Assembly (NCBI GenBank): GCA_965223415.1
Contig: OZ245002.1
Coordinates: 960,001-1,024,000 of the forward strand
Direction of reading: 5' to 3'
Length of the DNA stretch: 64,000 nt
From: Myxococcota bacterium
GTDB lineage: Bacteria; Myxococcota_A; UBA9160; UBA6930
Shown here: positions 53,457-61,090 of the stretch, piece by piece
Position numbering within the stretch: position 1 is the first letter of the stretch
Layout of the letters: each line of letters begins with the position of its first letter
Made by a program: the position numbers and the translations under genes
The notes under the pieces: model-generated
Told to the model about the DNA's origin: nothing
Databases searched by the model: none
The model's input: only the letters and a program-made list of their open reading frames with translations

Positions 53457-54920
53457 ATGATGGCATCCTGGGCCTACCAGACGACGAGCGAGCTCCTCGC
53501 GGCCATGGACCGCGGCGAGCTGACGAGTGTGGCGCTCCTCGACCTCCTCCTCGCCCGCATCAAGCGCTGGAACGGCGAGCTGAACGCCGTCGTCACCCTG
53601 GCTGCCGACGAGGCGCGGGCTCGCGCTCGCGAGGCCGATGCGGCCCGGGCGCGGGGCGAGCGGTGGGGCCCCCTGCACGGCCTGCCCATGACCGTGAAGG
53701 AGTGCATCGAGGTCGCGGGGCAGCCGACCACGAGCGGGGCGCCGGAGCTGGCCGGCCACGTCCCGACCGCCGACGCCGACACGGTGCGCCGCCTGAAGGA
53801 CGCGGGCGCCATCGTCTTTGGCGGCACGAACCTTCCGCTGTTTGCCGGCGACCTCCAGAGCTACAACGCCGTGTACGGAACGACGAACAATCCCTGGAAC
53901 CCGGAGCGGGGGCCCGGCGGCTCGAGCGGCGGCTCCGCGGCGGCCCTCGCCGCGGGCCTCACGCCCCTCGAGCTGGGCAGCGACATCGGGGGCTCGATCC
54001 GCAACCCGGCCCACTTCTGCGGCGTGTACGGGCACAAGCCGAGCTGGGGCATCGTGTCGGGGCGCGGCCACGTCCCCGGCCCTCCCGGCCAACGCTCGCG
54101 GCCTGACCTGGCCGTGCTGGGGCCCCTGGCCCGCTCCGCCGGCGACCTGGCCGTCGCAATGGACGTGCTGGTCGGACCCTTCGAGGAAGACGCCACCGCC
54201 TGGAAGATCGAGCTTCCCCCGCCGCGCAGGAATCGGCTCGCGGACTTCCGCGTCGCGGTGCTGCCGGACCTGCCGGGGCGGCCGGTGTCCGAGGCCGTGC
54301 GCAGCCGCATCCAGGCGGCGGCCGACGCGATCGCCGCTGCCGGCGCGAAGCTGGACACCCAGGCGCGACCCGACGTCGACTTCGAGGAGACCCACGAGCT
54401 CTACCTGCGGCTGCTCGCCGGCGTGATGGGCACGGGCTACCCGCCGACGGTCATCGCCGAGATGGAGAAAGCGCTGGCGGAGCTCGACCCGAGCGACCGG
54501 AGCCCGGACGCCCAGAGCGTGCGCGGTGCCGTGGGTCCCCATCGCAGGTGGCTCTCGGACCACGAGCGCCGGGAGCAGCTGCGCGGCCGGTGGGCCGACT
54601 TCTTCCGCGACCATGACGTGCTGCTGTGCCCGGTCGCGCCCACCACGGCCTTCCCCCACGATCACCGCCCCTTCGCGGAGCGCCGCCTCGCCGTCGACGA
54701 TCAGGAGATCCCGTACTTCGAGCAGATCTTCTGGGCGGGGATCGCCACGGTCGCCTACCTGCCGGCGACCGTGGTGCCGGTGGGCCCGGCGGACGACGGG
54801 CTGCCCGTGGGGATGCAGGTGATCGGCCCCTACCTGGAAGACCGCACGACGATCGCCTTCGCCGGCCTGATCGAGCCCGTCGTCGGCGGCTTCCGGCCTC
54901 CCCCCGGATACGGGGACTGA
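53457..54920 (+). CDS. Amidase-signature family protein
   Basis: TVKE, GGSSGGSAAALAAG, GSDIGGSIRNPAHFCG. Confidence 0.93.
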   Translation: MMASWAYQTTSELLAAMDRGELTSVALLDLLLARIKRWNGELNAVVTLAADEARARAREADAARARGERWGPLHGLPMTVKECIEVAGQPTTSGAPELAGHVPTADADTVRRLKDAGAIVFGGTNLPLFAGDLQSYNAVYGTTNNPWNPERGPGGSSGGSAAALAAGLTPLELGSDIGGSIRNPAHFCGVYGHKPSWGIVSGRGHVPGPPGQRSRPDLAVLGPLARSAGDLAVAMDVLVGPFEEDATAWKIELPPPRRNRLADFRVAVLPDLPGRPVSEAVRSRIQAAADAIAAAGAKLDTQARPDVDFEETHELYLRLLAGVMGTGYPPTVIAEMEKALAELDPSDRSPDAQSVRGAVGPHRRWLSDHERREQLRGRWADFFRDHDVLLCPVAPTTAFPHDHRPFAERRLAVDDQEIPYFEQIFWAGIATVAYLPATVVPVGPADDGLPVGMQVIGPYLEDRTTIAFAGLIEPVVGGFRPPPGYGD

Positions 54921-54966
54921 ATCCGGTGTAGGATGGACGGTCCCGGGGGGCGAAGGGAGCAGTCCC

Positions 54967-56388
54967 ATGCAACAGCTGTCCGGAATGGACGCCGCGTTCC
55001 TCTACTTCGAGACCGCCAACGCGCCGACCCACATCGGCTCCTTCGCGATCTACGACCAGTCCACGGCGCCGGGCGGCAGGGTCACCTTCAAGGGCATCCT
55101 CGCCAATGTCGAGCGCCGCCTGCACCTGGCGCGCTGCTTCCGCCAGAAGCTCGTCTACGCGCCGCTGAACCTCGACCACCCCTACTGGCTCGAGGATCCG
55201 GAGTTCGACCTCGAGTTCCACGTGCGCCACATCGCCCTCCCCCATCCCGGGGATTGGCGACAGCTTTGCATCCAGGTCGCGCGCATCCACGCGCGGCCTC
55301 TCGACCTCTCCCGGCCCCTGTGGGAGATGTACGTGATCGAGGGCCTCGACAACGTCGAGGGGGTTCCCGCGGGCAGCTTCGCCGTGATGACGAAGATCCA
55401 CCACGCGGCCATCGACGGCGTGTCGGGCGCCGAGCTCGCCGGGGCCATCCACGATACGGCCCCCGACGCGGAGCCCGCGCCCCCGGACGAGGAGTGGCGC
55501 GCCGAGCGCGAGCCCAGCCTGCTGGAGATGGCGACGCGCACCACCCTGAACAACATGCGAAGCCCCTTCCGCTTCGCGCGCGTGCTGGGCCAGACCGCAC
55601 CGGGTCTGATGAACTTCTTCCGCAGCACGCCGGAAGAGGAGTTGGACGAGGTCAAGGAGGTGCCGCGCACGCGCTTCAACGGCACGATCTCGTCCCACCG
55701 CGTGATCGAAGGTCGGGCCTTCTCGCTCCAGGACATCCGCGAGATCCGCAAGCGAGTCCCGGGCTCGACGGTGAACGACGTGATCCTCACCGTGTGCGCC
55801 GGCGGCCTGCGCAAGTACCTCGAGTTCCACCGCGAGCTGCCTCGCGAGAGCCTGGTGGCGATGGCGCCGATCTCGGTGCGCAGCGAGGAAGAGGCGGGCA
55901 CGGCGGGCAACGTCATCTCGGCCATGTCCGTCACGCTCTACACGGACGAGGCCGACCCCCTCGAGCGGCTGGGCAAGGTGCACCGCGGAACCCGCGGCTC
56001 GAAGAAGACCGCCGAGGCCGTCGGCGCCCGGACGATGACCGACATCAGCCAGTTCATGCCGGGCACCCTGGCGGGCCTCGCCGCCCGCCTCTACACCCGG
56101 CTCGGCCTCGCCAACAACGTGAAACCGTTCCTGAACACGGTGATCACGAACGTCCCGGGCCCGCAGATCCCCCTCTACTTCACCGGCGCGAAGATGTGCG
56201 GCCTGTACGGCCTCGGCCCGATCATGGATGGCATGGGCATCATCCATCCCGTGTTCAGCTATTCGGGACGTATCAGCATCTCGGTGACGGCGTGCCGGGA
56301 GATGCTGCCGGATCCGGGCTTCTATGCGGATTGCCTGGAGGCGGCCTTCGACGAGCTCCTGGTGGAGGCGCGCAAGCCGGCGCCCTAG
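54967..56388 (+). CDS. Wax ester synthase/DGAT
   Basis: HHAAIDG, LDLSRPLWE, TVNDVIL, TNVPGP. Confidence 0.94.
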   Translation: MQQLSGMDAAFLYFETANAPTHIGSFAIYDQSTAPGGRVTFKGILANVERRLHLARCFRQKLVYAPLNLDHPYWLEDPEFDLEFHVRHIALPHPGDWRQLCIQVARIHARPLDLSRPLWEMYVIEGLDNVEGVPAGSFAVMTKIHHAAIDGVSGAELAGAIHDTAPDAEPAPPDEEWRAEREPSLLEMATRTTLNNMRSPFRFARVLGQTAPGLMNFFRSTPEEELDEVKEVPRTRFNGTISSHRVIEGRAFSLQDIREIRKRVPGSTVNDVILTVCAGGLRKYLEFHRELPRESLVAMAPISVRSEEEAGTAGNVISAMSVTLYTDEADPLERLGKVHRGTRGSKKTAEAVGARTMTDISQFMPGTLAGLAARLYTRLGLANNVKPFLNTVITNVPGPQIPLYFTGAKMCGLYGLGPIMDGMGIIHPVFSYSGRISISVTACREMLPDPGFYADCLEAAFDELLVEARKPAP

Positions 56389-57913
56389 CCCTGATCCGGC
56401 ATTGAGATCACGGATCCGAGCGTAGGTCTGGCGGGCTCACGCGGCGAGCGCGGTCTCGGCGGCCCGGATGGTGGAGCGGCTGCGCGAGGACGCGGCGATT
56501 CGGAGCGAAGCGCGTCCGGCAGGCCGAGCGATGCGGCCAGGGAGCTGGATCAGCTCGAAGCGGAGCGTGCGGAGCGAGGGGAAGCGGAGCCGGGCGGTCC
56601 GCTTTCGGCCGTTGGGTCGCTCTGGCAGGCCAAGCGTGGCTTGGAAGTCCCGCACCAGGTTGTGGGTCAGGGCACTGAGCAGCTGCCAGTTGCTGTTGGC
56701 GTCCCAGTCCTGGGTCGGGATGGTGGCGAACGCCAGGTGCTGTTTGAGCTCGGCCAGCGTCTTCTCGTGGCCGCCGCGTCCGGCCATGAAGGCCCAGACG
56801 GCGGCCTCGCTGGTCCGCTTGTTCGTCGCGACCATCGAGTACTCGTAGTGGCCATCGTCCGGGGTGAAGAGGTCGAGCTGGAAGTTCTTCGCGCTTCGCC
56901 CGGAGACCTTCTTGCGGAACACCACGATCCGCTCGCAGCGCTTCCACTGTGGGATCCGGTGGACGACGGAGAAGGCGTCGACGCTCGCGTTGACGCGGTG
57001 CCAACGCTTCCGGGCGGCGATCTTCTCACGCACGCCGAGCCAGCGCCACATGGGGACCTTGAGGGCGTACTCCACGCGAGAGGCCGTGAGAACCTCGAGA
57101 ACGGCCTTCTGGAAGAAGGCGCCATCGAGCCGCACCTCGATCGGGACCCGATCGAGGCGCCGCTTCGCGTCGCCCAGGAGAAAGGCCAGCTTCTCCGCAG
57201 CGCCCACCGCATCGTTCACATTGCCCGGCCGGTTCCATACGCCGAGCAGCTGGCTCGTCTGCGCCAGGTGCGCCGTCAGCGGGTAGTAGGACGGGTCCTT
57301 CGGGTGATGTGGGTTGAAGCCGCGCTCGGCGCCGTCCACGTACTCGCCCGTCCGAAGCACGGTGCCGTCCAGCTCGATCGTGGCCCGCTCCAAGCCGAGC
57401 CCTGTGTGGGTTCCATAGGCCATGTCCCGCAGCAGTTCGTTCAGACGATCGCGGTAGCCCGACGTCAGCTCCTTCAGGTTCCTCGCCAGGGTCCGCTCGT
57501 CCGGAAGCCGCTGCAATCGGACGAACCGCCGAAACAACGGATCCCGATCGAGCACCCGGACATGCGAGAGACGGCTCCCTCCCAGCAGCAGCATCCCCAC
57601 CACCACCAGCATGCAGCGGAAGGATCCGTAGTCCGAGTCGAACGCCCGATCCGCAAAGGCCGCTTTCAGGCGCTCTGCCCAAAAGCGGTCGAAGAAGCGC
57701 CGGAACAGCTCCAGCCCGCCGTAGCTCGTCAGCGCCTCATCCGTGAAGGCGATCGACAATTCGCCCTTGACGCGGGCTCGAATCCGGTGTCTGCTTAGCT
57801 TCACGAATGTGGCTCCTCGGAGGCATGATGGTGGTTGGCACTTCCATCAAGCACACCGACGGAGCCACTTTCAATTCCGGGCTTTCCCTACACCTCGCAA
57901 TGCCGGATCAGGG
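56389..57913 (-). mobile_element. IS1380-family insertion sequence (1525 bp)
   Basis: Perfect 16-bp TIR CCCTGATCCGGCATTG; 4-bp duplication CTAG at 56385-88 and 57914-17. Confidence 0.93.
56437..57804 (-). CDS. IS1380-family DDE transposase
   Basis: LTSYGGL, IELDGT, SYYPL, RPGN, VRLDGAF, RGGHEKTLAELK. Confidence 0.92.
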   Translation of the reverse strand: MKLSRHRIRARVKGELSIAFTDEALTSYGGLELFRRFFDRFWAERLKAAFADRAFDSDYGSFRCMLVVVGMLLLGGSRLSHVRVLDRDPLFRRFVRLQRLPDERTLARNLKELTSGYRDRLNELLRDMAYGTHTGLGLERATIELDGTVLRTGEYVDGAERGFNPHHPKDPSYYPLTAHLAQTSQLLGVWNRPGNVNDAVGAAEKLAFLLGDAKRRLDRVPIEVRLDGAFFQKAVLEVLTASRVEYALKVPMWRWLGVREKIAARKRWHRVNASVDAFSVVHRIPQWKRCERIVVFRKKVSGRSAKNFQLDLFTPDDGHYEYSMVATNKRTSEAAVWAFMAGRGGHEKTLAELKQHLAFATIPTQDWDANSNWQLLSALTHNLVRDFQATLGLPERPNGRKRTARLRFPSLRTLRFELIQLPGRIARPAGRASLRIAASSRSRSTIRAAETALAA

Positions 57914-57925
57914 CTAGGCGGGGCC

Positions 57926-58723
57926 TCAGGGCTCCACGGGCTCCGATGCGCTGCTCCGCGCCTGCTCGAGGAGCTCGAGGGCGCGCATGGAGAAGGCGCC
58001 CGGGGGCGGCACGTAGTGGGGCAGCAGATCGAGCACCTGGGCGAAGCGCTGGAGGGCCGCGGCGTCGTCGCCCTGGCCGAGGTTCACCATGGCGGTCATC
58101 AGGGCCACCTGGGCGCGCAAGCGTTTCGAGGGCTCGTCGTCGGGAAGATCGGCGGCGATCGCGTCGGCGCGGGCCAGCGCGTCGAGGGCGCCGTCGTAGT
58201 CCTCGCCCTGGTGGCGGGACTGGGCGTCCTCGAGCAGCGCCGCGACCTCGGCGCTGCGCCCGGCGTCCTGGGCGGGGGGCGGATCGCCAGCCGGGGGCGG
58301 AGGATCGGCGGCCGGGGGCGGAGGCGGATCGGCAGGCATGGTGGCTTCGGACGCACTCCGCTGCGGGGGCGGATCCGGGGCCTTCGCGCTCTCCCCCGCG
58401 TCGAAGTCGTGGGCGGGCGGGACGGCGGCCGCGGCGGCGACCGGAATGCGCAGCACGTGGCCGACCTCCAGGCGGTCCGGGTCCGGAATCGCGTTGGCCC
58501 CGACCACCTCCTCGAGGGAGACGGCATGGTCCCTGGCGATCTCGAAGAGGGTGTCACCTGCCACCACCTCGTAGCGGGTGTGGGCGGCGACGGCGGGCTG
58601 GGCGGCAGGGGGCGGCTCCTCGGCCAGGGGCGCCGGGGGCGCCGGAGGCGGGGCGGCACACGCCGCCATCGAGAGGAGCGCTGCGAGAGCGAGCTCCCAC
58701 GAGCGGCCGGGAATCTGCATCAT
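57926..58723 (-). CDS. LysM-domain lipoprotein with Pro-rich linker and TPR-like C-terminus
   Basis: MAAC lipobox; YEVVAGDTLFEIARDHAVSLEEVVGANAIPDPDRLEVGHVLRIP. Confidence 0.85.
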   Translation of the reverse strand: MMQIPGRSWELALAALLSMAACAAPPPAPPAPLAEEPPPAAQPAVAAHTRYEVVAGDTLFEIARDHAVSLEEVVGANAIPDPDRLEVGHVLRIPVAAAAAVPPAHDFDAGESAKAPDPPPQRSASEATMPADPPPPPAADPPPPAGDPPPAQDAGRSAEVAALLEDAQSRHQGEDYDGALDALARADAIAADLPDDEPSKRLRAQVALMTAMVNLGQGDDAAALQRFAQVLDLLPHYVPPPGAFSMRALELLEQARSSASEPVEP

Positions 58724-58858
58724 CCATCTCCTGCGGGGTGAACCGGGTGGATTTTACCCCATATCGATCGAAGAGGGCGGCCGGGGGACGACACGAGACT
58801 ACCGACCCTGGCGATCGCCGGAAGCGGGGCCGCCACATCCGCGTGCTACTCGTGCCGG

Positions 58859-61054
58859 GTGTCTCGGGCCCTGATCGCCGTGCTGCTGCTCGGAACAGTC
58901 GCGTGCGGCGAGCCCCCGTCCGGGGAGCCGTCGCCTCTCCGGTACGTCGGGGCCGAAGCCTGCGCGCCCTGCCACCCGGAGGAGCTCCAGCGCTGGCGAG
59001 GCTCTCACCACGATCTGGCCATGCAGGAGGCGAGCCCGGAGACGGTGCTCGGCGACTTCTCGGACGCGATGCTCGAACATCGGGGCGAGCGGTTCCGGTT
59101 CCGGCGGCGCGGCAACCGCTTCCTGGTGGAGACGGCCGGGGCGGACGGCGAGCCAGGCGAGTTCGAGATCGCCTACACCTTCGGCGTCGCGCCCCTGCAG
59201 CAGCATCTCGTGAGGCTGCCCGGCGGGCGCCTCCAGGCACTCGGCGTGGCCTGGGACACGCGGCCGGCGGCCCGGGGCGGGCAGCGTTGGTTCCACCTGC
59301 TCCCGGACGAGACGGTGCCGCCGGGGGACGTGCTGCACTGGACCGGCCCGGCCGGAGGCTGGAACGCGATGTGCGCGGACTGTCACTCGACGAACGTCAT
59401 ACGGGGCTACCGCCTCGGGCAGGACCGTTACGAGACGACCTGGTCGGAGATCGACGTCGCCTGCGAGGCCTGCCACGGCCCGGGGTCGGCCCATGTGGAA
59501 GGCGGCGAGCTGCCCGTCCGCCTCGGGGCCGAGCGCTCGTGGCGCTTCGCGGAGGGGGCCGCCATCGCCCATCGGGTACCGGCGGGGCGGAGCGGGGAGA
59601 TCGAAGCCTGCGCGCCGTGCCATTCGCGGAGGACGCGCATCGGGCCGGAAGCTCCCGGGCAGCCCTTCCTCGACGCCTATCACCCGGCCCTGCTGGAGGA
59701 CGAGCTCTACTTCGCCGACGGGCAGATTCGCGAGGAAGTGTACGTGTGGGGCTCCTTCGTGCAGAGCCGCATGTACGCGGCGGGCGTGACCTGCAGCGAC
59801 TGTCACGACCCACACGGGCTCGCGATCGAAGAGCCCGACGCGGTGTGCTCGGGCTGCCATCGCCCGGCGGTGTTCGCGACGACCGGGCACCATCGCCACG
59901 CCGCGGGGTCGGAGGGGGCGAGCTGCGTGGCCTGCCACATGCCGTCGCGCACCTACATGGTGGTCGACGCGAGGCGGGACCACGGCTTCCGGGTCCCGCG
60001 GCCAGACCTGGGCGTCGCCCTCGGCGTGCCGGATGCCTGCACCGGCTGCCACGAGGATCGGAGCCCGGCCTGGGCGGCCGAGGCCGTCGCCGGCTGGACG
60101 GGCCGGGAGCCGCAGCCTCACGCCGCCGAGGCCGTGCACGCCGGTCGGCGACGCACGCCGGGCGCAGCGAAGGCGCTGGCCGCGCTGGCCGACGACGACG
60201 GTCGATCGGCCATGGTGCGTGCGACCGCGCTCCGCTTGCTAGGCGATCAGCTCGACGCGCGCTCCGTGGCGAGCTTGCACGCCGGCCTCCGCAGTCGCGA
60301 GCCGCTGGTCCGGATGGCGGCCGCGGGCGCTGCGGCTGGGCTGCCCCCGGCGGAGCGATGGCTGGCCCTCGAGCCGCTGCTGCGGGACGCGAGCCGCGCG
60401 GTTCGCGTGCAGGCGGCGGGGGGGCTCGCGCCGCTCCGCGCCGGCGTCACGGATCCGCGAGCCCTGGAGCCCCTCGACGCGGCCCTCGAAGAGTATCGCG
60501 CGGCCCAGTGGCTGGCCCCCGACCGGCCCGAGAGCCACGTCAACCTGGGCCTCCTCCACCAACGGCTCGGAGAGACCGACCCGGCCCGGCGCGCTTTCGA
60601 GACCGCGCTGCGCGTGGGCCCATGGTTCGTGCCGGCCTACCTGGCCCTGGCGGAGCTGGAGCGCTCCGCCGGGCGAGACGACGAGGGCGAGCGCCTGCTG
60701 CGCGGGGCCCTGACGCGCTCCCCGAACCATGCCGACGCCCTCCACGCCCTCGGCCTGCTCCAGGTCCGAGACGATCGCCACGAGGAGGCGCTGACTTCCC
60801 TGGCCCGCGCCGCCGAAGGGGCGCCGGACAACCCGCGCTACGCCTACGCCCACGGCCTCGCCCTCCACGCCACCGGCGACCTACCCGGCGCCCTCGACCT
60901 CCTTGCCCGCGCCCACGAGCGCCATCCCGGCGACATCGACCTCCTGGTCTCCCTCGTCACCTTCCACCGCGACGCCGGCCAGCCCGAGGCCGCCCGCCGC
61001 TACGCCCGCAAGCTCCACGCACTCCACCCCGACCACCCCGCCGCCGCCCAGTGA
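58859..61054 (+). CDS. Octaheme c-type cytochrome lipoprotein with HEAT-like and TPR repeats
   Basis: Eight CxxCH motifs (CAPCH, CADCH, CEACH, CAPCH, CSDCH, CSGCH, CVACH, CTGCH); TVAC lipobox; C-terminal TPRs. Confidence 0.92.
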   Translation: MSRALIAVLLLGTVACGEPPSGEPSPLRYVGAEACAPCHPEELQRWRGSHHDLAMQEASPETVLGDFSDAMLEHRGERFRFRRRGNRFLVETAGADGEPGEFEIAYTFGVAPLQQHLVRLPGGRLQALGVAWDTRPAARGGQRWFHLLPDETVPPGDVLHWTGPAGGWNAMCADCHSTNVIRGYRLGQDRYETTWSEIDVACEACHGPGSAHVEGGELPVRLGAERSWRFAEGAAIAHRVPAGRSGEIEACAPCHSRRTRIGPEAPGQPFLDAYHPALLEDELYFADGQIREEVYVWGSFVQSRMYAAGVTCSDCHDPHGLAIEEPDAVCSGCHRPAVFATTGHHRHAAGSEGASCVACHMPSRTYMVVDARRDHGFRVPRPDLGVALGVPDACTGCHEDRSPAWAAEAVAGWTGREPQPHAAEAVHAGRRRTPGAAKALAALADDDGRSAMVRATALRLLGDQLDARSVASLHAGLRSREPLVRMAAAGAAAGLPPAERWLALEPLLRDASRAVRVQAAGGLAPLRAGVTDPRALEPLDAALEEYRAAQWLAPDRPESHVNLGLLHQRLGETDPARRAFETALRVGPWFVPAYLALAELERSAGRDDEGERLLRGALTRSPNHADALHALGLLQVRDDRHEEALTSLARAAEGAPDNPRYAYAHGLALHATGDLPGALDLLARAHERHPGDIDLLVSLVTFHRDAGQPEAARRYARKLHALHPDHPAAAQ

Positions 61055-61090
61055 ACGCACCACCGGTGTCGCGTTCAGGTGGCGGAGCGC

